A stretch of DNA of 64,000 nt from Patescibacteria group bacterium (GTDB lineage Bacteria > Patescibacteriota > Patescibacteriia > UBA10025 > JAHIVO01), in NCBI GenBank assembly GCA_028718605.1, contig JAQULM010000001.1, positions 337,073 through 401,072 on the forward strand, read 5' to 3'. Shown in pieces: positions 27,628-36,098 of this stretch. The position numbers were made by a program, and so were the translations under genes. How positions within the stretch are numbered: the first letter of the stretch is position 1; every line of letters starts with the position of its first letter. The notes beneath the pieces were generated by a model that searched no databases, was not told the DNA's origin, and saw only the letters and a list, made by a program, of their open reading frames with translations.

Positions 27628-28833
27628 CTATATCGCGCCTGATAAGTTGTATATCGGAAGGATGATTGCCGTTACCAGAAAGCCGACGGCGATGCCGAGA
27701 ATGACCATAATCACCGGCTCGATCAGGGCTGTCAAGTTTTTCAATGAATTTTCAAGTTCCCTCGTATAAAAATCAGCGACTTTCATCAGTATCCGGTCAA
27801 GCTGGCCGGATTGCTCTCCGACGACCATCATCTGCGAGAGCATCAGGGGCACGTCTTTGCTTTTCATGAACAGCGTGGTGATGGACGACCCCCCCTCAAC
27901 CACCCGAATCGTTGCCTTGGTCAAGTCTTGATAAATAGTATTGCCGATAACATCTGCCACAATATCGAGCGACCGTGTCAACGGCACGCCGGAGGTGAGC
28001 AGGGTCGAGAGCGAACGTGCAAAGCGCGCTAAATACATTCTGGTGAAAATTGCACCGACTATCGGTACGCGAATTTTCATCTTATCGATGACGTGCTGGC
28101 CAGCCGCGGTCTTTTTATACGACCGGAAACCAACGACACAGCCAGCGACGATTGCGGAAATAATCCACCAGTAATTCCGGATTACATCGCTGAACCCGAT
28201 CAGGATTTTCGTCGGCAGGGGCAGGGCAACGCCGCCGGCCGTGAGAATTTCCGTGATTTGGGGCAGAACAAAGATGACCATCATCACGCCGACGCCAAGC
28301 AAGGCGCAAAAAATGAACGCGGGGTAGATCATCGCGCCTTTTGCCTTGCCGCGCATGTCATAATCCTTTTCCTGCTGGTCCGCGAGATAGTCGAGGATTT
28401 CGTCCAACCGTCCGGTGGTTTCTGCGGAACGGACCATCTGTATGAAAAAATTGCCGAATTCCTTCGGGTACTTGCCGAGCGCTTGCGACAGCTTCGCGCC
28501 GCCGTCAACTTCATCCGCAACGTCAGAGATAATCCGCTCGAACTGTTTATTTTGCGTCTGCCGCGCCAGCACCTTGAGCGCCCGGACAAGCGGGACATTC
28601 GACGTCATCATGACTGAGATCTGCCGTGCGAAGACAACAATATCTTTCGGCTTCACGCGACTGCCGACCTGGAAGCCCTTGAGGAACGGCAACGCATGAT
28701 GCTCTTTCAGTGATACAATAAACAACTGCTTGTCACGCAGAATTCCGTACGCGATATTTTCGCTCGGCGCGACCACGACGCCGCTGATCAGGTCGCCACC
28801 TGGATTCCGTGCTTTATAACTATACTCGGCCAT
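27628..28833 (-). CDS. pilC: type IV pilus assembly platform protein (GspF/PilC family)
   Basis: 401 aa. The duplicated T2SSF domain architecture and three TM segments are typical of PilC. Confidence 0.9.
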   Translation of the reverse strand: MAEYSYKARNPGGDLISGVVVAPSENIAYGILRDKQLFIVSLKEHHALPFLKGFQVGSRVKPKDIVVFARQISVMMTSNVPLVRALKVLARQTQNKQFERIISDVADEVDGGAKLSQALGKYPKEFGNFFIQMVRSAETTGRLDEILDYLADQQEKDYDMRGKAKGAMIYPAFIFCALLGVGVMMVIFVLPQITEILTAGGVALPLPTKILIGFSDVIRNYWWIISAIVAGCVVGFRSYKKTAAGQHVIDKMKIRVPIVGAIFTRMYLARFARSLSTLLTSGVPLTRSLDIVADVIGNTIYQDLTKATIRVVEGGSSITTLFMKSKDVPLMLSQMMVVGEQSGQLDRILMKVADFYTRELENSLKNLTALIEPVIMVILGIAVGFLVTAIILPIYNLSGAI

Positions 28834-28864
28834 AGAATATCTTGGGTTTGGATAAGTAAAAAGT

Positions 28865-29254
28865 TTACTTGCGCATGATGCCCTTCATCTTCGTGACAAC
28901 TTCAGATGGCATGAAATGCGCCTTGATCAGGTAATCAGATGCGCCAAGATCGAGGCCCTTCTGGACATCATCGCGCTGTCCCAAATTCGTCAGAAGAATC
29001 ACGGGGACATCTTTCGTGCTCGAATCCTCCTTCAAGCTCTTCAATACGTCAAATCCGCTCATTTTCGGAAGCACGACATCGAGTAAGATTATATCCGGGT
29101 TATGCTCTTTTGCGAGCCGCAAGCCCTTTTCGCCATCCGACGCAAGCTGCACGTCGAATCCTTCCAGGTTGAGCTTCGTGACGTACATGCCGGCGAGAAA
29201 TTCATCGTCCTCGACGAGCAAAATTTTAATTTTTTTTACTTTTGTGTCTGCCAT
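28865..29254 (-). CDS. single-domain response regulator (CheY-like receiver) embedded in pilus operon
   Basis: 129 aa. 'KILLVEDDEF', 'IILLDVVLP', 'LLTN', 'YLIKA'. About 55 percent identical to 4963..5397. It lies between pilB and pilC. Confidence 0.8.
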   Translation of the reverse strand: MADTKVKKIKILLVEDDEFLAGMYVTKLNLEGFDVQLASDGEKGLRLAKEHNPDIILLDVVLPKMSGFDVLKSLKEDSSTKDVPVILLTNLGQRDDVQKGLDLGASDYLIKAHFMPSEVVTKMKGIMRK

Positions 29255-29295
29255 ATGCCTTCTTGCGTTAATGATAGTTATTGAATGCGAATTAT

Positions 29296-31044
29296 TTACT
29301 CTTTGGTCACCCGGAGAATCTCTGCCAAGGAAGTCTTGCCTTCAAGCGCCTTCAGCAATCCATCCTGGAGCATGGGGACCATATTCTGGCGTTTGGACGC
29401 ATTGCGTATTTCATCGATTGTCGGATTGGTGACACAAACTTTTTTCAAGTCTTCGTCCATTTCCAGAATCTCATTAATTAACAATCGGCCTTTGTACCCC
29501 GTCTGTTCGCAGCGAACGCATCCTTTTCCTTCATGGAATACGAGCTTGTCTGGTTTTTTGCCCAAACGCTCCACCATGATCGCTTCAGGAATTATCTCAA
29601 GATATTTCCGCACTTCTTTCTCGAGCTCGGCTGGCAACGTAGTCTCCTTCTGGCAGTACGGGCAGAGGCGCCGCACAAGCCGCTGTGCTGCAACGGTCGA
29701 TAGCGAAGCGGTGATAAGAAAAGGCTCGATCTTCATGTCAATAAGCCGCGGGATCGCCCCGAACGAATCGTTCGTGTGGAGCGTCGATAGTACGAGATGC
29801 CCTGTCAGTGCGGCATGCACCGCTAGTTCCGCAGTTTCATTATCACGAATTTCGCCAACCATGATCACGTCAGGGTCCTGCCGGAGGATCGAACGCAACC
29901 CAGCGGCAAACGTCAGTCCCACCTCGGGCCTGATCTGGGATTGGTTCACGCCATTAATATAGTACTCAACAGGGTCTTCCAGGGTGACGATATTGATGGA
30001 TTCATCATTTAAAATTGTAAGCAATGCGGATAGCGTCGTGGACTTGCCTGAGCCAGTCGGACCAGTAAGTAAAATCATGCCGACGCTCTTTTCAACCGAT
30101 GCCTGCATGACCTTCAGGTCTCTGCCTTCAAAACCCAGTTTTTCCAGGTCGAGCACAACTGCTGCACGATCCAAAATACGCATCACTACTTTTTCGTTGG
30201 TGAAGAGCGGCAAGGTCGACACACGATAATCAATGATGCGGCCGTCCCATTCCGTTCGGAAACGCCCATCTTGCGGTATGCGGGTTTCATCGAGCTTTAA
30301 ATTTGAGAGCACCTTGATGCGGGCGACAATGGCAGAATGCACATACCGCGGCAAGACAAGAGATGTATGCAGTACGCCGTCCACGCGGTACCTGACTCTC
30401 GTCTCATTTTCAACCGGCTCAATATGGATATCCGACGCATTGCCCTCGACTGCATGTTTGAGGATGACTGAAACCATCTTCGATACCGGCGCGCTCTTTA
30501 CCACCTTGTCGGCCGTCTTCTCGCCCTCGAGTATCTCATCAGCGGCCGTTTTCTGCGACTGGTCTGCGCCAGCGAGCGCTTCTTCAACCTCGGCGCCGAG
30601 TGTCGCATACTGCTTTGAGGCATACCGAAAACCGCTCGCAGAAATGATGGAGTATTTCACCTTGAAACCATGCTCGCGTGCCAGGAATTCCACCGCCTCG
30701 ATCGCTTTAAAATCGCTCGGGTCTTCCATCGCAATGCTGACGTCAATCCCCGCTTTTTCAAAAGCGACAACATGGTAGTTCTGGGCGAGTTCACGCGGGA
30801 TGATATTCAGGACAGTCTGCGATATCGTTTTGCCGAAGAGATCGATATACGGAACGCCGAGCACGTCAGCCCGCGCTTTTGCCACATCCTCTTCTGATAT
30901 GAGGCCGCGCTGTATCGCCATTTCGGCGACTTCATTCTCGTCCTGGGTACGCTGGCGGAGCTCATCGATCCGGTCAGAAGAAATCACCCCCCGCTCCAAA
31001 AGGAGGTTCAAGAGAGATGGTTTGTTTGTAATGCTGGAATCCAT
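29296..31044 (-). CDS. pilB: type IV pilus assembly ATPase (GspE/PilB family)
   Basis: Walker A 'LLTGPTGSGKSTTL', Asp/His boxes, a tetracysteine 'CPYC...CVRC' motif and an N-terminal GSPII-like domain. The track's first 57 codons are Arg-rich junk. The ATG at 31044 (MDSSITNKPSLLNLLLERGVIS...) is used. Confidence 0.9.
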   Translation of the reverse strand: MDSSITNKPSLLNLLLERGVISSDRIDELRQRTQDENEVAEMAIQRGLISEEDVAKARADVLGVPYIDLFGKTISQTVLNIIPRELAQNYHVVAFEKAGIDVSIAMEDPSDFKAIEAVEFLAREHGFKVKYSIISASGFRYASKQYATLGAEVEEALAGADQSQKTAADEILEGEKTADKVVKSAPVSKMVSVILKHAVEGNASDIHIEPVENETRVRYRVDGVLHTSLVLPRYVHSAIVARIKVLSNLKLDETRIPQDGRFRTEWDGRIIDYRVSTLPLFTNEKVVMRILDRAAVVLDLEKLGFEGRDLKVMQASVEKSVGMILLTGPTGSGKSTTLSALLTILNDESINIVTLEDPVEYYINGVNQSQIRPEVGLTFAAGLRSILRQDPDVIMVGEIRDNETAELAVHAALTGHLVLSTLHTNDSFGAIPRLIDMKIEPFLITASLSTVAAQRLVRRLCPYCQKETTLPAELEKEVRKYLEIIPEAIMVERLGKKPDKLVFHEGKGCVRCEQTGYKGRLLINEILEMDEDLKKVCVTNPTIDEIRNASKRQNMVPMLQDGLLKALEGKTSLAEILRVTKE

Positions 31045-31063
31045 GCGGGTATAAACTGTTTTT

Positions 31064-31987
31064 TTAAAACGCCGGCTGGAACGGATTGAGGCGGTACGGC
31101 GTCGCGAGGATATTCCTCGACGACTCATTATTGCTGGTATCAACGCTCGTGACCGTATAAAAATAGGGAGTGTTTGAATCAACCGTATCAAGATACGACG
31201 TTGCGGTTGGTACATAATCTTCCGCCTTTTTCGGCCAGATCAGTGACCCGACAACACCTTGCTGTTCAGAACGGTATATCCGCACGAGTGCAAAATCAGA
31301 ATTCTGCGGCGGTAACCATGAAACAAGGATCCCCCTCTCGGTACTCTGCACGGTGACATTCAGTGGGGCATCGGGCGCAATACGATCAGTCGGCACTCCG
31401 CTCGTCGGTTCCTTGTTGCTGGACTCAGATTCACCGGCTTCGCTCGAGAGTGCGGTCCGAACAATGTATGAGTACTGCTGCCCATTTTTCAGCGGAACAT
31501 CGGACGCCTGATCATGCCACTCGTCACGAAAACTCATGACGGCACCGGGAACCGGCGACGTCAATTCCTGGTAGTAGATAGGGTGCGCCGTTTTCTCATC
31601 GCCGACCGCTCGATAAATACGTAGAGCGTTAAAATTTATATATTTCGGCAGCTCCCATGTAATGACGAGCTGGCTCCCTACCTTCGTATCAGTAACGGTA
31701 ACATTCAGCGGTTGGAGCGGCTTCGTGGAATCGAGCTTGATCCCTTCAAGCTGATTTGTAAAACCAGAAAATGGCACCTTGGACAGGCTGTAGTACTGCG
31801 GATCTTTGAATATCTGGTCGTCAACGTCAAATGTTAGCGTTTGCCCTGAACCTGCATCGTCTACGACAATAGGGGCTACTGCGGGATTCGGGCCGGCGTT
31901 CTTGAAGTATGAATTGTATACCATATACCCCCCTGCAATAATCAGTACACCAAGAACTCCGAGAAGGGTTAGCGTCCTTTTTGACAT
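31064..31987 (-). CDS. membrane-anchored protein with two fibronectin type III-like domains (pilus-operon component of unknown role)
   Basis: The ATG at 31987 has SD GGCGGTGA upstream. MSKRTLTLLGVLGVLIIAGG is a signal anchor. Two FN3-like repeats follow ('PLNVTV...LVITWELP...ALRIYRA' and 'PLNVTVQ...ILVSWLPP...ALVRIYRS'). Confidence 0.55.
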   Translation of the reverse strand: MSKRTLTLLGVLGVLIIAGGYMVYNSYFKNAGPNPAVAPIVVDDAGSGQTLTFDVDDQIFKDPQYYSLSKVPFSGFTNQLEGIKLDSTKPLQPLNVTVTDTKVGSQLVITWELPKYINFNALRIYRAVGDEKTAHPIYYQELTSPVPGAVMSFRDEWHDQASDVPLKNGQQYSYIVRTALSSEAGESESSNKEPTSGVPTDRIAPDAPLNVTVQSTERGILVSWLPPQNSDFALVRIYRSEQQGVVGSLIWPKKAEDYVPTATSYLDTVDSNTPYFYTVTSVDTSNNESSRNILATPYRLNPFQPAF

Positions 31988-32023
31988 TTTTTCACCGCCG
32001 ATCTGCATATGCATCCGAGATAA

Positions 32024-32602
32024 TTATTGATAGTACGTTGTGAGATTGAGCGTATAGTCAGACGAAGCCGGATTATAAGAAAACGTACGGAGCTCCATGA
32101 GCGGCAGCTGTGATGTCATCTCGTCCAGAAATTGCTTCACGTTCGCGTATGTGCTCAGGCCACCCACGACAACGATAATATTCATCTGTTGGATGGCGCC
32201 GCCTGCGGTTGCGGGAGCGATATTTGCGGTGAGCGGCCCCACGTCAATGCTCTTCACGTCCAGCCCATTTTTCAGTAAAAATGATTTTAACTCGATGACA
32301 ATCGACGGAATTTGGTCTTGCCGCGGAAGGAGTGTCTGCATACTCCGGACATCATCATACGTCAGGTCCGCATAACGTTTTTCCAGCTTCTTGAGGCGTG
32401 TAAGCGTTTCGCTTCTGTCGATAAGCAGCTGTTCCTTGCCTTCCAGGTCACTCACGCCGATCTCGTTGATATCGGCGAGCGTATCCTTGATAAAGAGCAC
32501 ATACCCCGTACCCAGAACTGCGAGTACGACACCGATCGAAATATATACGAAATACTTCGTGAACCCGACAATTATTTTTCTTTTTACCACTGAAGGTTTC
32601 AT
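32024..32602 (-). CDS. pilO: type IV pilus assembly protein PilO-like
   Basis: 192 aa with a single N-terminal TM helix, a coiled-coil segment and a C-terminal periplasmic-type domain. It is positioned immediately after the pilN-like gene. Confidence 0.7.
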   Translation of the reverse strand: MKPSVVKRKIIVGFTKYFVYISIGVVLAVLGTGYVLFIKDTLADINEIGVSDLEGKEQLLIDRSETLTRLKKLEKRYADLTYDDVRSMQTLLPRQDQIPSIVIELKSFLLKNGLDVKSIDVGPLTANIAPATAGGAIQQMNIIVVVGGLSTYANVKQFLDEMTSQLPLMELRTFSYNPASSDYTLNLTTYYQ

Positions 32603-32607
32603 AGGCG

Positions 32608-34656
32608 CTATCTGCTGTAGTAAAAAATTGTTGGATAAATCAGGAGGTCAACGGTAAACTGGACGGGGCGATCACTGCCTGTTTGTTTAGCATCGCTTGT
32701 TCCCGCCGTATCTTGCTGGAATCCAATGAGCGAGATCGTCGCGGACTGTACGAAATCACTTGCTCGCTGGAACACGTACAGCTGCTTAACCGCCGCTTCG
32801 TACGTTTTTCCTACCGCAGTGACTTGAACAGTGCCATTCACGTCAACCGTCAATGTCGTGAGGTATACGTCAGGAATCGTATTTTGCTCAAGTTTCGTAA
32901 AGATTTTCGACCAGTAGACATGGTTCGCGAGAAGTTTCCGAATGCCTGCGACGCGGGCGTTGAATTGGTTTACCTCGTCTTGGATCTTTGAATGCTTCGT
33001 GATCTCCGTCTCTTTACTCTGTATCTTGCTCTCGACATCACTGATCTGTGTCGTGATGTTATTGTGGTAAAAATTGGTCCAGAGCCAACCGCCAAACACG
33101 AGAGCGCACGTGACAATAATAAATAGTACGAGGTAGAGCACTTTTGAAATTGGAATTTCCTGCTCGACGATTTCTTCTGGGACGAGATTAACCTCCCAAT
33201 CAAACGGTTTCACCCGCAGAGACGCATCTGCTGGTTGGGTGAGGCTGATTGACTCATCCCCTTTCTTCTGCCGTAAAAGCGGAGGGACATGCATCCGGTC
33301 GTGCGCTTCACTATGCCCGCGTTTTTCAGTTGAACGGGGGTACACCATACCGACAGTCTCTGGTGCGCCTGCATGATGCATTTCTCTGGCATCAGGTGAC
33401 GCGGGAGGCGGCGGAGGCATCAAGCGTTCTGGCATACCGGCATGCTTCAATGCTGGCTGCTCACCAACCAGCGGCACGCGAGTGTGAGCCTGAGCATGCG
33501 TATGCTTTCCGAATAAGCCAATTATTTTTTTCCACAGGCGTTTGAGCCAATTGTCTTTCTTCGGGAGTGCAGCTTCCAGCCCATGCCGAAGATCAGGCAA
33601 CGGTGGAGGCGGCGCTGGCGGCACGCGCAGCGGCGCCGATGGGACGGCTGGCTTCACAGCTGGCGGCGGGGTAACCATTCGCGGCGCAGCCGGTTTCTGG
33701 ATTACTGGCATGGTATGCAATAGAGAAGGCGCTGCCATTGCTGCAGCTGGCTTCACCGCCGATGGCTGTGGACGCAGAGGTGATGGCAACGGCGCTGGTC
33801 GTATTGGCTCAGCCGGAATCTGAGGTGCTGGCGGCATTGGCACCCGCGTCTCGGTCTGAGCGTGAAACATTTCAGGGACGTGTGGCTTCTGCGGTGCCGA
33901 TGGTGCTGCCGGGACAGTGGGCTGAGGCTTTTTCTTCGTACTGAAAATCCGTTTCAACCATGCGACAAACCGCTGCCACCCGGTAACACGCTTGGGTGCG
34001 GGTATAAGGGCAGGGACGCGCGATTCCAGCATCGCGTGAAGTTTCGGTTCAACAACTGGAAATCCATCCTTTGTATAAACCAATCGTTTTGGCGGTATCG
34101 GAACCTGCGGCTCCTGCGGAGGTTCCTGGCGAGTAACTACCTGGACGATATCACCATTACGCGGTTTTCGTGGAGCAAGCACTGGCATCACTTTCTCGGC
34201 TCGGACGGATGAGTATTTCGGAAATTGGCTGGCGGGACCCCCAGAAATTGGTGCGTGTACAATCGTCGGTTGCACTGGCTGCCTCTTTCCGAATAACCTG
34301 CTCCAGAACGAACCGCCCTGGTGCGCCTTTTTCTTCACGACGAGCGCTGGCTTCGGGGCGACATACGATACAGTCGGTTTCAGTGACGGCCGCTGCTTTA
34401 CGTACGTAATTTTTTCCGTCAGCAGGATTTTCTTCTCGGGCATCTGCCGCAGTGGCGCGCCCTCCTCAATCGTTTGTTTCGGTTTCTGGAATGCTCCTTT
34501 GAAAAACGTCAAAACACCAGCTGTATGTTTGACCGGCTTTTGATCGGGCCTTCGCTCTCCCGGGACGGGTCCGGTGAGCTCAATCCGAGGAGATACAAGC
34601 TGTTTTTCTCTTTTTATTTTTGCTTTTTCCTCGCTGGGGAGGAGATTGATCGCCAT
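32608..34656 (-). CDS. pilN: PilN-like protein with roughly 480-aa proline-rich insertion
   Basis: N-terminus 'MAINLLPSEE' is the PilM-binding INLLP motif. A long Pro/Ala/Lys-rich low-complexity region follows. The single TM helix 'VLYLVLFIIVTCALVFGGWLW' and a PilN-like C-terminal domain come only after that. Confidence 0.7.
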   Translation of the reverse strand: MAINLLPSEEKAKIKREKQLVSPRIELTGPVPGERRPDQKPVKHTAGVLTFFKGAFQKPKQTIEEGAPLRQMPEKKILLTEKITYVKQRPSLKPTVSYVAPKPALVVKKKAHQGGSFWSRLFGKRQPVQPTIVHAPISGGPASQFPKYSSVRAEKVMPVLAPRKPRNGDIVQVVTRQEPPQEPQVPIPPKRLVYTKDGFPVVEPKLHAMLESRVPALIPAPKRVTGWQRFVAWLKRIFSTKKKPQPTVPAAPSAPQKPHVPEMFHAQTETRVPMPPAPQIPAEPIRPAPLPSPLRPQPSAVKPAAAMAAPSLLHTMPVIQKPAAPRMVTPPPAVKPAVPSAPLRVPPAPPPPLPDLRHGLEAALPKKDNWLKRLWKKIIGLFGKHTHAQAHTRVPLVGEQPALKHAGMPERLMPPPPPASPDAREMHHAGAPETVGMVYPRSTEKRGHSEAHDRMHVPPLLRQKKGDESISLTQPADASLRVKPFDWEVNLVPEEIVEQEIPISKVLYLVLFIIVTCALVFGGWLWTNFYHNNITTQISDVESKIQSKETEITKHSKIQDEVNQFNARVAGIRKLLANHVYWSKIFTKLEQNTIPDVYLTTLTVDVNGTVQVTAVGKTYEAAVKQLYVFQRASDFVQSATISLIGFQQDTAGTSDAKQTGSDRPVQFTVDLLIYPTIFYYSR

Positions 34657-34786
34657 AATGGCTTTTTTTGTTTTGGGATTGCGCGGAACAATCCTTCACT
34701 ATTTCGAATACGACCTTATACCCTGCTGGCGGTAAAGGCCTGTAAACCTTACGTGAAGATGGTTTATTTTTTTGGTTTACACCTTT

Positions 34787-34815
34787 ATTTTAGCACATTT
34801 AAATGAGAAAGTCAA
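34787..34815 (-). promoter_or_regulatory. internal sigma70-like promoter between pilM and pilN (-35 TTGACT, 17 nt, -10 TAAAAT)
   Basis: Read on the minus strand as TTGACTttctcatttaaatgtgcTAAAAT, within an unusual 273-nt pilM-pilN gap. A terminator-like hairpin CCCATCGC-GGTGA-GCGGCGGG plus TCTTTTGTT lies just upstream at 34833..34863 on the minus strand. Confidence 0.4.
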
Positions 34816-34929
34816 TACTTTTCCTAATAATTAACAAAAGACCCGCCGCTCACCGCGATGGGCAAATTTTAATCCAACAAATTGTATTCGAACACCGCCG
34901 CACCGGCGCAAGATGCTCTGGTGCAAGTA

Positions 34930-36078
34930 CTACACGATTTCGCGCATCGCGAGGCCGACTGCAACTGCAAGGCGCGGTCCGAGCTGGCGGAGCATCGTAT
35001 CGATTTCAACGGGATGGATCACGCGCGCCCATGGATCGCCGATGTACGTCTTGATATTGAAAACTTTTTCGATGCTCTCAGTAAAGTTCCCGAGGAAAGC
35101 CGAGCCGCCCGTCAGAATAATCTTTGAAACTGTTTTCTTGTGTTGGCCCTGGTAGATATTCAAGATATAGCGCACCTCGTTGACAACGGAATTAATCACA
35201 TACCGCACCGGCTGCGGAAGCTTGTCGATTGACGTGCCGGCAAAGGAACCGCCCATATCATGCTTAAACTGCTCAGCTGCGTGCTCTGGCAAACCCATGG
35301 ACTCTGCAAGGGACTTCGTCACCGATTTACCGCCGAGGTCGATGCTTCGGTGGAGCATCGGCACGTTGTCCGCAAAAATGCTGATGCTGGTCGCCTGGCT
35401 TCCAACGTCTATCACCATCACCGGATTCCGGTCATTGCCGACCAATGATCGCTGCAGGGAAAAAGACTCTGTCTCCAGCCCCACCAATTGCAGCCCCACA
35501 TCCCGGAATAATTCTACATACCGGTTCACCATTTCCTTCGGAGCAGCGGTCAAGAGCACTTTGATGTTGCCTTTCTGGATCATGCCAACCTTTTCGCTTT
35601 CCTTTGATTCTTTCTCTTCTTTCTTATCCTTTTTCGCTTTCTTGCCGGATGCGTCCCCCTCCGCGGCTGTTTTCGCCTGCTTACTGTCCTTTGCGTCTGT
35701 ATCTTGCCCCAGCACTTCCCAGTCGAGAATCATCTCCTCGAGCGGAATCGGCACAAACTTCTTCGCCTCCCAGCGTACGGCGGAAATCAAATCCTTCCTG
35801 CTCATTGCCGGCAAACTGATGATAGAGCTGAACACACTATAGCTCGGCAGAGCAGCAACCGTCTTATCGGTTGAAACGCGCGACCGTTTGATGAGCTCTT
35901 TGAGGTGCACGGCGACAGCGTTCCGCGCTTCAGCGCTCGTATCTTTGATAATGCTGTATGCGCCCTCGACAAAACCATAGGTCACCAACTGCGGCCGGTT
36001 GCCGACGTTTTTCAATTCGACGATTTTGATGCTCGGCCCGCCGAGATCAACTCCGAGATAGTTTAATTTCTTTGCCAT
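34930..36078 (-). CDS. pilM: type IV pilus assembly ATPase-fold protein PilM
   Basis: 382 aa. 'LGVDLGGPSIKIVEL' is the actin-like phosphate-1 motif. It has a K/E-rich roughly 40-aa insertion ('GKKAKKDKKEEKESKESEK'). Confidence 0.85.
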   Translation of the reverse strand: MAKKLNYLGVDLGGPSIKIVELKNVGNRPQLVTYGFVEGAYSIIKDTSAEARNAVAVHLKELIKRSRVSTDKTVAALPSYSVFSSIISLPAMSRKDLISAVRWEAKKFVPIPLEEMILDWEVLGQDTDAKDSKQAKTAAEGDASGKKAKKDKKEEKESKESEKVGMIQKGNIKVLLTAAPKEMVNRYVELFRDVGLQLVGLETESFSLQRSLVGNDRNPVMVIDVGSQATSISIFADNVPMLHRSIDLGGKSVTKSLAESMGLPEHAAEQFKHDMGGSFAGTSIDKLPQPVRYVINSVVNEVRYILNIYQGQHKKTVSKIILTGGSAFLGNFTESIEKVFNIKTYIGDPWARVIHPVEIDTMLRQLGPRLAVAVGLAMREIV

Positions 36079-36098
36079 GGATATACGTTGAAGTTTAT

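Noticed and set aside
29296-31215. Track N-terminal extensions with Arg-rich junk (for example the first 57 codons of the pilB ORF). TTG/GTG track starts for ligA, the 1950-aa and 691-aa genes, GT2 18434..19330, MT 22334..23236, wzt, pilin 12918..13706 and the gene at 57915.
   Set aside because: Re-reading the start codons showed these track starts are TTG or GTG, or that the extensions lack homology. Downstream in-frame ATGs give canonical N-termini (prepilin leaders, signal peptides, conserved enzyme N-termini), remove overlaps with upstream genes, or sit in ATGA/TAATG coupling. Coordinates were adjusted accordingly.
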